Source of the DNA: Pseudomonadota bacterium
Lineage (GTDB): Bacteria; Bdellovibrionota_B; Oligoflexia; Silvanigrellales; Silvanigrellaceae
NCBI GenBank assembly: GCA_039799905.1
Contig: JBDLRP010000039.1
Coordinates: 1-64,000 of the forward strand
Length of the DNA: 64,000 nucleotides
Direction: 5' to 3'
Numbering within the stretch: the stretch's first letter is position 1; the number at the start of each line of letters is the position of its first letter. Under the pieces are notes generated by a model that was not told the origin of the DNA, ran no database searches, and was given only the letters and a program-made list of their open reading frames with translations. A program made the translations under genes and the position numbers. Shown piece by piece: positions 19,908 to 30,328 of the stretch.

Positions 19908-21224
19908 CTATTTTTCTGGCTGACGCAGTTTCAGGAAAATCGGATACGAAGTACCAGTAAAGGTCGACAAGCCCCATCCCTCAATTTGGCAGGAACCGTC
20001 CCTTTTCTTCTCTGCTAAAAGGCGCAATGCGAGAGGCACATTCCACTGCAGATTGATGAAGGTGAGTCTGCCTGTGCTCGGATTATAACGGCCAAACGAG
20101 TACGGGAGATGAAGCTCTGAACCTCTCGACCTGAACACCGATGCGTATTGCCGTGGGCCAATCTGAGTTATGACAAACTGCCCTTCAAGGTCACCAAATC
20201 GTGCGTCGTAACTTGCGATCAAATTTTCTTCAGGGCACGGAGTCTGGCTCGTGGCCCTGACACTTGCTTCACGAATCGCCGTAAATCCAATTCTTTTAAA
20301 CTCATTGGGCTCGAGAATTGTTCCCTCAATTCGCGTGTAATTCTCAAGGAACTTAATAGTGATCGTCGAAGGTGTCGCAGTGGCAAAAGACATCCGGCTC
20401 GAGAGGAATTGCGGATTTCCGTCAAACGAGAGCTTTTGAAAAACCGTCGGCTTCAGGTCGGGATGACTCAGCGCTCCGACGATTCCAAGTTCGCCTCCGC
20501 TTGAGAAGATAACAAAACGCAGATTTTCCGCTTCTTCCGCAAGTGGCCCCTCGATGCTCTGCAAACGGAAGACTCCCTCCCAACCTTCGGTTACCTCCAA
20601 CAACTGATTGGAAAGCGTCGATGCCAATAGCAATGCATGACGGACAACATAATCAGCGTCTCCCATCGCCATAATTGTCGATTCAGAATTTCGCGCAAAG
20701 CAAACCAATTCCTGAATAGACGATGGATCCTTTTCCGACTCAGCCCGTCGCAAAAAGAAGTCGAGCGCCGCATAACGCTGAGTTTCACCGGCGAGCTCCT
20801 TGAATCCCTCACTGAGCCTCTTGCAGTCGCGCCAGACCCACTGGAAAAGCAGATAAATGCTCTGATCACGCAAGCCCTTGGCCTCGCGTGAGACATAGTC
20901 GGCATCGCCCAGTCGGCGGACCAAATCTCCCGCCTGACGGGCAAATTCGCTCAGATTGACAAGTTTCTTTTCGTCTTTTTCTTTCAGGAAGTCTTGTCTT
21001 AGCTTGCTCAGAAACTGAAATCTGTATGCCTCGTTCTTACCTTCCATCTTTTTGAGTTCTTCAGAAATATCGCAAACCGGAAGATCACAGGCCGAAACAC
21101 TTCGACTGAGAGAAAAAGTCAGCAAAAGAAGAAAGATGCACAGCGGTAGACGAAGAATTTTATCCGTAGAAAAATTCAATTTAATTTCTTTTATTTTCAA
21201 TGCCGGTGGGGACGATCGAGTCAT
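19908..21224 (-). CDS. Hypothetical secreted protein with internal repeats
   Basis: Long ORF, GAGG RBS, signal-peptide-like segment, duplicated GDADYV motif. Confidence 0.7.
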   Translation of the reverse strand: MTRSSPPALKIKEIKLNFSTDKILRLPLCIFLLLLTFSLSRSVSACDLPVCDISEELKKMEGKNEAYRFQFLSKLRQDFLKEKDEKKLVNLSEFARQAGDLVRRLGDADYVSREAKGLRDQSIYLLFQWVWRDCKRLSEGFKELAGETQRYAALDFFLRRAESEKDPSSIQELVCFARNSESTIMAMGDADYVVRHALLLASTLSNQLLEVTEGWEGVFRLQSIEGPLAEEAENLRFVIFSSGGELGIVGALSHPDLKPTVFQKLSFDGNPQFLSSRMSFATATPSTITIKFLENYTRIEGTILEPNEFKRIGFTAIREASVRATSQTPCPEENLIASYDARFGDLEGQFVITQIGPRQYASVFRSRGSELHLPYSFGRYNPSTGRLTFINLQWNVPLALRLLAEKKRDGSCQIEGWGLSTFTGTSYPIFLKLRQPEK

Positions 21225-21349
21225 AGACACCTCGGCAGACGGCAAATGGAACTGCGCGGGAATTTATGACAGAGCGCAAGCGGCCTGTCGCTGTTCTCTT
21301 TTTTACAAAGCCATCAGGCTCACAAGTGAACTGCAGACCAAGACTTCTC

Positions 21350-22069
21350 TCAGTCCGGAACCACCATACCGTCCTTGATGCGGACCGTGCGGCGTGCCAG
21401 CTGCATGACCCGAGGGTCGTGAGTCGCGAATAAAAACGTTGTGGAGTGATCGCGGTTGAGTTTCTGCATAAGCTCGAGAATCTGATCACTCGTTTTGGAA
21501 TCAAGGTTCGCCGTTGGTTCGTCGGCGAGCACCAGCCGCGGTTGTGTGATGAGCGCGCGCGCAATGGCGACACGCTGGCGCTGTCCGCCGGAAAGCTCAT
21601 CGGGCTTGTGTGTCATAAAACGTTCCAGCCCGACTTCGGCGCACACAGCCCGCACGCGTTCGCGCAGATTGTTGCGGTCTTCCCGCTGCTCGCGGACAAG
21701 ACAAGGAAACTCGATATTTTCGACCACATTCAGAACAGGAATCAAATTGAAGTTCTGAAAAATGAAACCGATTTTGTAATTGCGGACTTCAGCAAGGTCA
21801 TTGAAATCACGATTGGACACATCGACTCCGTCGAGCATGTAGCGACCCGATGTCGCGCGATCGAGACAGCCGATGATGTTCAAAAGCGTTGTTTTGCCTG
21901 AGCCAGAGGGCCCGAGCACCACCGTGAATTCACCTTCGGCGACACTGAAGTCGACGCCGCGGAGCGCCTCGACAGTCGTTTTGCCGAGCTGATAAACTTT
22001 GCGCAGCCCGCTGATCTCGATGATGTTCTTCGCTGCTGCAGAGGTCGTGGCCGAGGTTGTCGTGGTCAT
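21350..22069 (-). CDS. ABC transporter ATP-binding protein (LolD/MacB-type)
   Basis: GPSGSGKT, LSGGQRQRVAIARAL and ADEPTANLD motifs. Confidence 0.95.
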   Translation of the reverse strand: MTTTTSATTSAAAKNIIEISGLRKVYQLGKTTVEALRGVDFSVAEGEFTVVLGPSGSGKTTLLNIIGCLDRATSGRYMLDGVDVSNRDFNDLAEVRNYKIGFIFQNFNLIPVLNVVENIEFPCLVREQREDRNNLRERVRAVCAEVGLERFMTHKPDELSGGQRQRVAIARALITQPRLVLADEPTANLDSKTSDQILELMQKLNRDHSTTFLFATHDPRVMQLARRTVRIKDGMVVPD

Positions 22070-22080
22070 GACTGGGTCCT

Positions 22081-23451
22081 TTAATAGTAGGCTTTGACTT
22101 CTAACCCAAGGCGGGACTTCACCGGATTGAGTTCATTTCCGCGCACTCTTCCGATTCCGGAAATCTCCGCACCGGACTCTTTTACCAAGTTGTAATCGGT
22201 GCTCGCAGAGAGAGTCACGGCGACCGACTGACTGGGAGTCCACTGAAAGACGGGCCCCTGAAAACCGGAATGATCGTGTGGGTTGTGCGCGATGGCCCAT
22301 GAAAGAAAAGCATCGTCGTTGAACTTGTAGCGCTGATAATTCAAAAACAAAGTGTTGCGCATGGCATTTTGTGCGCTCGGAGCGAACGTGGCCGATCGGC
22401 TCAAACGCGCTGCCGCGAATCCACGTTGCAGCCGGCTCTGCAGGTCAGCAACGCTGTCGCCGTCTGATTGGTAGAGATATTCGAAAACAAGCGACGATTC
22501 ATTGTCAAAGTCATAGCGCATGCCGACAAGTGAGCGGAAGAAAATGTGATCGGAATCCAAACGCGAAGTGCCATCGGGCAGCGGCCTGTCGCTTCCCTGC
22601 CGGGCAAGAACCTCGGCATGGGTTTCGAGCTGTTTGCTGATGGCGGTTGCAATCTGCGACCACGATGCGCCAGCACTGAGCGCCGACGCTTTTTGATTCT
22701 TAAAACGATCACTGTAGAAGGCAATCAAGTTGACGTCCGCCTCACCAACAAGGCTGTACCAGCGCAGGCCGGTCAGAGAGTGCATCCTGCGGACGCCATC
22801 GGGGTCACGCAGCACACCTGCATCGGTCGGCATTGTGTTTTTGTCTTCCAAAACTTCAGGAGCAAAAACCAGAGCAAAGGTTTGCTTCTCTTGGACATGC
22901 TCACCTTGCAGCAACCATGCACCGCGCCGTTCATAGGTCGGGTCAAGCGGATTCTTGGCCGGATTGAGCAGGTCGGTCGGGTTGGCGGCAAAACCGGTGC
23001 CCCACAAGACGCGCTTTTTGCCTGCGGTATATTGGAATCCCGTCGCAGGCTCGCCGTTCACATAGAGCTCATTCAACGCCAGCCGATAGGCGGGATTGTC
23101 GTCGCTTCCTTTCGAAGTGATCAACACCGCGCCTGTCTGTATGTTGCGTTTTTTGAAATTCCACGATTTGCGCGCAAAGACATCGACGTCAGCTTGCAGT
23201 CTGAGCAACGGCGAGAATTCGGTTTTGCCTGTCAGGTTCAAATCCAGCAGCGCATTTTGCGAGGCAACCTCTGCGGCAGGAATTTTCTTGTCGAGACGCT
23301 GCTCGCTGAATTCGCTCCGCAGCATGAAATAAGAGGTCCACGCAGACGATATACCGGAGGATTCATCCTGCGCAGAGGCAATCTGAGAACAAACAGCAAA
23401 CAAACCGGCCGACAAAATGACCGTTACACATCTGTGAGGTTTGCGGAGCAT
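22081..23451 (-). CDS. Putative outer-membrane beta-barrel protein associated with the ABC exporter
   Basis: Signal peptide, GKKRVLWG.G.A.NPTD motif, alternating beta-strand pattern, C-terminal LEVKAYY aromatic BAM-type signal. Confidence 0.7.
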   Translation of the reverse strand: MLRKPHRCVTVILSAGLFAVCSQIASAQDESSGISSAWTSYFMLRSEFSEQRLDKKIPAAEVASQNALLDLNLTGKTEFSPLLRLQADVDVFARKSWNFKKRNIQTGAVLITSKGSDDNPAYRLALNELYVNGEPATGFQYTAGKKRVLWGTGFAANPTDLLNPAKNPLDPTYERRGAWLLQGEHVQEKQTFALVFAPEVLEDKNTMPTDAGVLRDPDGVRRMHSLTGLRWYSLVGEADVNLIAFYSDRFKNQKASALSAGASWSQIATAISKQLETHAEVLARQGSDRPLPDGTSRLDSDHIFFRSLVGMRYDFDNESSLVFEYLYQSDGDSVADLQSRLQRGFAAARLSRSATFAPSAQNAMRNTLFLNYQRYKFNDDAFLSWAIAHNPHDHSGFQGPVFQWTPSQSVAVTLSASTDYNLVKESGAEISGIGRVRGNELNPVKSRLGLEVKAYY

Positions 23452-23486
23452 CGCGGTGTTACCTTCCTTCCGGAATGCGGTTGTCA

Positions 23487-24236
23487 TTATTTACCCAAGT
23501 CCGTCAGCGCAAAACGCTGGTCGGGAGTGCTGACGCCAACGTTCATGCTCTGCATGAGCAATTCCGTAGAACGCTCCTTGATAAGCTCGTTGCGCATGAT
23601 GACTTTGGCCGGACGCCGGTAGCCCTTGGAGAACTCTTTGAAATCGGAGAACTCAGCCGAACGGAGGATTTTTCCGCTCGTGCCGTAGTATTCGCCGCGC
23701 ACCGGCATTGCGTCCGACTTGCGCATCCAGAGCTTGACCACGTCGTAGGACGTGTTGGCATTCTTCGCCTTGAGCTCAACCAGATATTGCTCTGCATTCT
23801 CGGATTTTCCGAGTGTCGCCGCATAATCGGCTTTGTAGTTCACGCGCAGAACGTCGGCATTATTGAAGTCGCCGCCCTGAAATGAATCGCGGTTGGCAAT
23901 GCGTGTCGCGCGTTTGAGATTGGGCAGATAGACCCACGAGTTGTCTCCAACCCTGAGAACTTCCTGACCGGCGACGGCGGCTGGCCCCTTGAACCAGATG
24001 CGGAACTTCTCGGTTCCCTTTTTCACAAAGCGCATGTCGTAGGTCCGCGTGGTTCCGTCTTCGCGCTTGGCGGTCATCTTTGCCATCGATTCGTAATTTT
24101 CGGGCCCCATGATGGCATCATACTTTTCCAGCAGCGCGTCGGCAGACATCTCTGCAGCAACGGCCGACGACTCTACGGTAAACGACTGCACCGCAGCGAG
24201 TGAAAGGGAAATGGCCAAAAATCGGAGTTTCAACAT
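23487..24236 (-). CDS. Outer-membrane lipoprotein-sorting protein (LolA-like)
   Basis: Signal peptide and WVYLP..KR..RI....SFQGGDF..AD motif. Confidence 0.85.
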   Translation of the reverse strand: MLKLRFLAISLSLAAVQSFTVESSAVAAEMSADALLEKYDAIMGPENYESMAKMTAKREDGTTRTYDMRFVKKGTEKFRIWFKGPAAVAGQEVLRVGDNSWVYLPNLKRATRIANRDSFQGGDFNNADVLRVNYKADYAATLGKSENAEQYLVELKAKNANTSYDVVKLWMRKSDAMPVRGEYYGTSGKILRSAEFSDFKEFSKGYRRPAKVIMRNELIKERSTELLMQSMNVGVSTPDQRFALTDLGK

Positions 24237-24258
24237 CTGTCACCTCAACTGAATTTCA

Positions 24259-25527
24259 TTATGCGCGCAAGGCATCAACTGGGTTCATCATGGCAGCGCG
24301 CCGCGCCGGAAATATTCCCGCGATAGAAGAACACAACACAGCCACTGCAAAGGCGGCGGCCGAAAAGCCAAAAGTCAAAAATGGATGCAGCATTCCCCGC
24401 TCGTAATTTTCCGAGCCGAACGGGATGCCGATTTGATTGAGCACGATCGTGATCAGAACTCCCAGAAGAAGCCCGAGCATTCCGCCGACAACTCCCACAA
24501 AAACCGCCTCGGCGAAGAATATTGTCTGGATTTGGTGCCTGCGGATGCCCACCGAGAGCATCGTGCCGATTTCACGCGTGCGCTCAAACACAGCCATTGT
24601 CATGGTGTTTGCAATCACAAACAAAACAAGCACGAAAAGTATCAGGCTGACGATGCCGATCATGACCCGCTGGCGGAACAACACGTCACGCAAGAAAGGC
24701 TGAACGTCGCTCCAGGAGCTAACCTCGAATTCACGACCCAATTCTTCCTGGAGGCGCTTTTGTACGGCGTCCAGATCGTCGAGTTTGTGCAGCGAAACGG
24801 CCACCTCGGTGACTTTTCCCTCAAGGCCAAGAAGAGACTGAGCAACAGCCAGCGGCAGGGTGACAGCGCGTTTTTCTTCGAGCGGAAGAAGCGAGCGGCT
24901 CAGCCCTTTGACTTGAACGTCAACGGCATTCTGCCGGCCCTGCGGGCTTGCCCCCGACAGATTCAAAAACTCACCGGCCGGTTGCCCGGTCGCGGATTCT
25001 CCGTCGCCCGAAGGACCTGTGCCGCGCGGAGCAACATTCAAACTGCGCGCAAGTTCTTGCCCAACCAACGCATGCCCCGTGTCAGCCGCATCGAGCGGCT
25101 GGCTGCCTTCCGTGAGTGTGCCCAACCAGCGCGGACACACCAGCTGTTCGCGGGCAACATCCACGGCATTGCCAAAAAACAATGCCTGATTGCGGCCATT
25201 AGAAACGAGTCCGCGAAAGATGATTCGCCCTCCGGCTGCCTTGACGCCCTTGATCCGCTCGATGCGATCCAAGAGTTCGGGCGAATAATCAAAATTGAAT
25301 GTGAGCGGATTGAGTGAGACGTTGCTCAGATAACCGGTCTTGTGGATTTGCAGCGCACCGACTTTCACATTGACCGCATTTTCAATCGAAAAACGATAAA
25401 ATGCATTCGAGACGCTCGTGATGACCAGCACAACGGCAAGCCCGACGACAATCGACGAAAGAGTAAATAAACTTCTACGCCGGTTGCGAAACACGTTGCG
25501 GACGGCCACTTGAAATAAAATATTCAT
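24259..25527 (-). CDS. ABC transporter permease (FtsX/LolE-like)
   Basis: RNVFRNRRRS, ERTREIGTM and MNPVDALR motifs. Confidence 0.92.
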   Translation of the reverse strand: MNILFQVAVRNVFRNRRRSLFTLSSIVVGLAVVLVITSVSNAFYRFSIENAVNVKVGALQIHKTGYLSNVSLNPLTFNFDYSPELLDRIERIKGVKAAGGRIIFRGLVSNGRNQALFFGNAVDVAREQLVCPRWLGTLTEGSQPLDAADTGHALVGQELARSLNVAPRGTGPSGDGESATGQPAGEFLNLSGASPQGRQNAVDVQVKGLSRSLLPLEEKRAVTLPLAVAQSLLGLEGKVTEVAVSLHKLDDLDAVQKRLQEELGREFEVSSWSDVQPFLRDVLFRQRVMIGIVSLILFVLVLFVIANTMTMAVFERTREIGTMLSVGIRRHQIQTIFFAEAVFVGVVGGMLGLLLGVLITIVLNQIGIPFGSENYERGMLHPFLTFGFSAAAFAVAVLCSSIAGIFPARRAAMMNPVDALRA

Positions 25528-26810
25528 ACCGACGCCAGCGCCTCCACAGGGCGCATGCGCGATGCGCGATACGCAGGCCACAAGCTGACCACTGCCGAAC
25601 CCAGCGAGGTAAAGAGGAATGCCTTCACAAGAAACGCCTGAGTGAGAAAGGGATGCAGCATAAATTTAAGAGTTGAGCCCGGTGCGTTGATTGGAATACC
25701 AATACGCGCCGCGATACTGACGATGACGACGCCGATGGCGAGGCCGGTCAGCGCGCCGAGCGCGCCAATGAAGGCTCCCTCGAGCACAAACAGACTGAGA
25801 ATGTAGCCGCGCCTGATGCCCAGAGCCATCATGGTGCCGATTTCGCGCACACGCTCGAGCACGTTCATGAACATCGAATTGACAATCCCCAGCATGATGA
25901 CAAGCAGGAAGACCGCAGAAATGAAATCGAAGATGGTGTCGATGTTTTCCAAGAGGTCTTTGATAAAGGGAACAATTTCGTCCCAGCGGCTGACCTCGAA
26001 ATCGGGCCCGAGTGCGCTTTGCAATTGCTGCTGGACCGCGACGGCATGCGTCACGTCGTCGAGCCTGACGATGTACTCGGTGACCTGCCCTTCCATCTTG
26101 AGTAGATTTTGAATGGTCTTCAAAGGCGCAAGAGCAAGGCGCTTGTCGGTCGGTACTGCGCTGCCAAGCACTCCGGTGATCTGCACGGCTTCGCCGGAAA
26201 GAACACCGTCTTTGTCGGGTGACAACAAAACAGGCCATTGCTCTTTTGCCTGCTTGAGATTCGCCTCGATATTGTCAAGACCCAGCGGACCAGCGATGTC
26301 GCGGTGCACGACCATCGCTGTAGAATTCGCGTTCTCAAATACATTTCCGACTGTCAGCCATTCGTAATATTGCGACATGACCTTGCGATCGAGTTCCGGG
26401 TCGACGGCGTTGGCGCCAATGAAGGTTGTTTTGGGTTCGGAGGTCAGCAGTGCTTCCGCAGCTGACTGCACGTCTTCAGCCGCAGACAGCGAACCGCTGA
26501 ACTGGAGCCGCGGCGAAAGAGCAATCACATGCCGGACCGAGAGAATTTTTTCACGCAGCTCGGGAGTGTCGGCAAATGCGAGGTCAAGTGGATTGCTGAG
26601 TACGTTTTTAAGGTAACCGGCGCGATGGATTTGGATCATGCCTGTGGTGCCATACAGGGTTGCGGCCAACTGCGCCTGCCGCACTGAATTGACAAAACCG
26701 CGGATGAGGGTGAGCGCACAGAGACCGACGATCACCGCACCGAGTGCGAGAAGAGTTCGACGGCGGTTGCGAGCGAGGTTGCGAAGAGACATTAACAACA
26801 ACGGAGACAC
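25524..26810 (-). CDS. ABC transporter permease (FtsX/LolE-like)
   Basis: RNLARNRRRT, ERVREIGTM and RPVEAL motifs. GTG start. Confidence 0.92.
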   Translation of the reverse strand: MSPLLLMSLRNLARNRRRTLLALGAVIVGLCALTLIRGFVNSVRQAQLAATLYGTTGMIQIHRAGYLKNVLSNPLDLAFADTPELREKILSVRHVIALSPRLQFSGSLSAAEDVQSAAEALLTSEPKTTFIGANAVDPELDRKVMSQYYEWLTVGNVFENANSTAMVVHRDIAGPLGLDNIEANLKQAKEQWPVLLSPDKDGVLSGEAVQITGVLGSAVPTDKRLALAPLKTIQNLLKMEGQVTEYIVRLDDVTHAVAVQQQLQSALGPDFEVSRWDEIVPFIKDLLENIDTIFDFISAVFLLVIMLGIVNSMFMNVLERVREIGTMMALGIRRGYILSLFVLEGAFIGALGALTGLAIGVVIVSIAARIGIPINAPGSTLKFMLHPFLTQAFLVKAFLFTSLGSAVVSLWPAYRASRMRPVEALASV

Positions 26811-26955
26811 GTTTGTTTCCTCTATTCGCCCAACAGAGTGCGGCGACCCTACGACAATTGCACGACAAAGCCAACCTAAAAATTTTACCGTTGATTTTTA
26901 TCACGTTGATTGTTAGCTGCCCTCACAGGGCTGACATTTTTTTGGTGAGGTTTTC

Positions 26956-28059
26956 ATGCTGATCCATGCTGCAACTGCGTCTGCCAAACTGCGCGACCTG
27001 ACCAGCCGATTTACCGGTGTACGGCTCGCCACTCCCGATGATGCTCAAGCTCTTGCCCGCTTCATCAATGAAACATCTATGAACAACGGCAAACTACGCA
27101 TCGGTTTCAACCGCGGCGACGACTATTTTGCTCTTCTCCGCCTGCAGGGTGAAAAATTCTCTGCGCTGGTGTGCGAACAGGACGGCCAAATCGCCGGAGT
27201 TGGGGCACTCACGCTGCGTCAGGCGAGCGTGCGCAGCCGTAAAGTGACACTCGGCTACCTTCAGGATCTGCGCATGGCGGCGACCGTATCGCAGCGCACA
27301 CGGCAGAATTTCTATCAGTTTTTCTCAGAATTTGTGAGACTCTGCCCGCAGTTTGAAGAGTACGACAACTGTTCGCTCTTTGTTACCGCCATACTCGACG
27401 ACAATCGGGCGGCCAAAGCTGCCCTTTCACGCGCCGCATTTCCGCTCGAATACACGCGCCTTTCTCAGTACACCGCGCATATGTGGCCGAAAATTCCCAC
27501 CCTCGGCCGATTGACGGGAACAGCACGGATTGAGAACTCACAGGAAGACGAAGTCAGCGCGTTTTATTCGCAAGAGTTGGGCCGCCGCGCGTTCGACCTC
27601 ACCGCAGACGACCTCGCCCGCCTGAAAGAACACAGCACCAGCGTGATTGTGAAAGACGGCAACGCGATTGTTGCCTCATGTTTACTTGTTCAGACCAACA
27701 AGGAACGTGTGCTGCAGGCCGAACACACTGGTATCAATTTCAAGCTCAATGCGGCGGGCACCTTCATCACAGCTCTGCGCGTGGCAAAGGGCCTCGCACC
27801 GGAGCGTGCCACAACAGCAAAACAACAGCTTCTGGGGCTTGCCCTGCGCGAGTCCCGCAAACTCAACGGACTCTTCACCGGCTACATCGAAACAGCCAAC
27901 GACCCGCTGCGGATGAGTCAGCTTCAGCACTTGAGCAGCTATAAAACTCAGGGCTCGCTCTACCGCGTTTATCATCCGGAACACTCCGCGATCCCCGAAT
28001 TCAGCGCAGGCTTCCTGCGGCCTTCGCACGTCGCGCAATTCGACTGGATCTCGTCATGA
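26956..28059 (+). CDS. GNAT-fold acyltransferase-like protein
   Basis: VRLATPDDAQAL...RGDDYF...GYLQDLR pattern of an N-terminal GNAT domain; ILDDN..AK. Confidence 0.65.
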   Translation: MLIHAATASAKLRDLTSRFTGVRLATPDDAQALARFINETSMNNGKLRIGFNRGDDYFALLRLQGEKFSALVCEQDGQIAGVGALTLRQASVRSRKVTLGYLQDLRMAATVSQRTRQNFYQFFSEFVRLCPQFEEYDNCSLFVTAILDDNRAAKAALSRAAFPLEYTRLSQYTAHMWPKIPTLGRLTGTARIENSQEDEVSAFYSQELGRRAFDLTADDLARLKEHSTSVIVKDGNAIVASCLLVQTNKERVLQAEHTGINFKLNAAGTFITALRVAKGLAPERATTAKQQLLGLALRESRKLNGLFTGYIETANDPLRMSQLQHLSSYKTQGSLYRVYHPEHSAIPEFSAGFLRPSHVAQFDWISS

Positions 28060-29075
28060 AGAAGGACGCCCTCGGGGTTATTTTCAGAGTTGAAAAACGC
28101 TTGGGAAGAGGCGACCTATTCGAGATTATTTCGCATTTTTCTTCAGGAAAGTCGGAAACAACTGTGTTCCAGCACGAATACACCGACGGATTCGGAGCAC
28201 TGCTGAAAGAATCCGAAAAATGGTCCGGAGCGCAAATTACTTTGCCGCCGTTCAAGTTGGCGACCCGCTTTTCGCCGTCCTCAATCGCTTCGGCACTGAA
28301 GGGTCTCAAAGAGGACTTTTCAGCCGCTCAAACGCGCTGGAAGTCACTTGACGTAAATGCTCCCTATACACCTGATCATCTCGCTTGGCGGGTGTTTTCG
28401 CGCTCTGCAACCGAGCAGCTGCTCACAACATCTCGGCGGCTCGGAATCTCTGTGAACACACTCATTCTGACCGCCGTCAACCAAGCGGTCGCTGAACATT
28501 TACTGCATGAAAGCCAGCGCGAATGCCGCTGGCTGCTGCCCGTTAACATGCGCCGGAAACCAAACGAACTGCGTTCCATGGCAAACCATACAAGCTCGGT
28601 GGGCGTAACGCTCCACCGCGACGATTCTGCTGAACAGATTGAGGCCAACTACCGGCGTTCGATCAACAAATGGCATGCACTGTCTGCCGAAACCCTCGCG
28701 CAGTCGATCACTAAACTGGGCGAAGAACGCCTTTATCATCTTGCGCAAAAGCGCGGTTCAACCAACTTCCGCATTGGTTCATTCTCAAACCTTGGCATCT
28801 GGAATTTTCCGACCGCCGGTGTGGACGACCGCTGGCCGATGGCTATTACCATCACTCCACCAGCAGGCACCCCCTGTTTCCCCGTGGGTGTTGGAATCAT
28901 CACTTGGCAGGGGCACCTGTCACTGAGTCTGCGGTTGCACGCAGGCCTCATCAATCAAGATCCGCATCTGTCGGAATTTTTGCTCGGCGAATTCACCCGC
29001 CGCCTGACCCGCATGGTAGATTGTCCTCTTGAAACGTTGCGCTCCTCCGCAGCACCGGAGTCTGCGCCCAACTGA
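28056..29075 (+). CDS. CoA-dependent acyltransferase / condensation-domain-like protein
   Basis: HxxxDG motif (HEYTDG), SVNTLIL, PVNMR, NHTS and FSNLG motifs. ATGA coupling to the upstream gene. Confidence 0.65.
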   Translation: MKKDALGVIFRVEKRLGRGDLFEIISHFSSGKSETTVFQHEYTDGFGALLKESEKWSGAQITLPPFKLATRFSPSSIASALKGLKEDFSAAQTRWKSLDVNAPYTPDHLAWRVFSRSATEQLLTTSRRLGISVNTLILTAVNQAVAEHLLHESQRECRWLLPVNMRRKPNELRSMANHTSSVGVTLHRDDSAEQIEANYRRSINKWHALSAETLAQSITKLGEERLYHLAQKRGSTNFRIGSFSNLGIWNFPTAGVDDRWPMAITITPPAGTPCFPVGVGIITWQGHLSLSLRLHAGLINQDPHLSEFLLGEFTRRLTRMVDCPLETLRSSAAPESAPN

Positions 29076-29091
29076 GGTGCCAGAAGTCGCC

Positions 29092-29850
29092 ATGAGTGAA
29101 AAAAAGCGAATTCTTGAGGCCATCCGTATGCGGATGCGCAGGGATGGAATCACATATGCCAAGCTGGCCAGCAAACTTTCAGTGAGCGAAGTCAGCGTCA
29201 AACGCTACTTTTCCGAAGAGCGCCTGTCGCTCGACCTACTCGATGACGTTTGTCGTGCGCTGGGCGCAACACTCGATGAACTTCTCGCAGAGTTCAAGGC
29301 CGTCGCACATGTGCAGAAAGACACCTTTAACGAAGATCAGGAAAAAGCCCTTGCCGAGGATGAATTTCTCTTCGTGCTCTTTTTCATGGTCGCGCGCGGC
29401 TATTCGTTCGCCGCCATCGATGCGCGTTTTGAAAATAAGGAAACAGCGAAAATCATCAAAGCATTGCGCGATCTCGAAAATCTCCAGTTGATTGAATATC
29501 CGTCGAACAATGAGCTGCGCACGCTGGTGAGCAGCAACGCGCACATCCGTCCCGGCGGCTCGATGTGGAAAAAGTACAGTGCGGTGAGCATTCAGGAGTT
29601 TTTCAACAGCAATTTTCAGCGCGGCAATGAGTACTTCAAACTCTCGCTCGGATATCTGACCGAGGAAAACGCCAAGCAGCTCAAGAAAAAATTTGAACTC
29701 CTTGAGGACGAAATCAAAACCATGCTTGTGGTCGGACAGGTCACCGCAAAGGACGTTCAAAAGAAACAGTTCTACTGGATTGCCAAATGCTTCCGCCCGA
29801 TGGAGTCGTCCGTGCTTGAAGTGATTGCCGAGCGCAGCAAACTCATTTAA
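29092..29850 (+). CDS. XRE-type HTH transcriptional regulator with C-terminal domain
   Basis: ITYAKLASKLSVSEVSVKRYFS HTH followed by F.EDQEKALA conserved segment. Confidence 0.85.
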   Translation: MSEKKRILEAIRMRMRRDGITYAKLASKLSVSEVSVKRYFSEERLSLDLLDDVCRALGATLDELLAEFKAVAHVQKDTFNEDQEKALAEDEFLFVLFFMVARGYSFAAIDARFENKETAKIIKALRDLENLQLIEYPSNNELRTLVSSNAHIRPGGSMWKKYSAVSIQEFFNSNFQRGNEYFKLSLGYLTEENAKQLKKKFELLEDEIKTMLVVGQVTAKDVQKKQFYWIAKCFRPMESSVLEVIAERSKLI

Positions 29851-29878
29851 TCAACGCGCATAGGAAAGGGGCGACCAC

Positions 29879-30271
29879 ATGGATGTACTTTGGACAAGCG
29901 ATAACGTCGAAGAGCACTGCCGGACTCTGCTGGGAGCAGAGCTTTCGCCAGCCGCTGAGCTTTTTCCCCGCGTTGTTTCGGCAACGTACATTCAGATGAT
30001 GAATGGTGAGGACGGCCAAAACACTTGCTTCAACGTCGAAGAATACCGCGCCGCGGTGCGCCGCAGCCTGCCGGCCTCTTTGCCCGAAGTATTGCCCTTT
30101 TTCGTCAGGTCGGTCTGGAACAGGAAGTGGAATTTTGCAGACAACGCCGCTGAAATTCTCTCGCTGGCAGAGGTGTTCGTAGGCCTGCTCAACTCCAATT
30201 CCGGTACCCGTCTTTCCGCGCAAGAGCTCGTCTCCGAGTGCCAATCGTCGTTTGACCACTGGCAGGGCTGA
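29879..30271 (+). CDS. Hypothetical protein (130 aa)
   Basis: ORF with purine-rich RBS, co-oriented in the operon. Confidence 0.6.
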   Translation: MDVLWTSDNVEEHCRTLLGAELSPAAELFPRVVSATYIQMMNGEDGQNTCFNVEEYRAAVRRSLPASLPEVLPFFVRSVWNRKWNFADNAAEILSLAEVFVGLLNSNSGTRLSAQELVSECQSSFDHWQG

Positions 30272-30328
30272 GAGGGGACTCAAAGCCCCGAAAAATTCCG
30301 GCAGCGATTCCGCCTCATTGCACCACAG

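Noticed and set aside
22546..25317. Long + strand ORFs (358 aa and 310 aa)
   Set aside because: Antisense shadows of well-supported exporter genes, with no motifs.
21350..26810. Canonical lolCDE/lolA assignment
   Set aside because: The associated OM barrel and the LolA-like subfamily indicate a paralogous exporter, so symbols are withheld.
26855..26876. Sigma-54 promoter TTGGCTTTGTCGTGCAA on the minus strand
   Set aside because: GG-GC spacing is 9 nt rather than the required 10.
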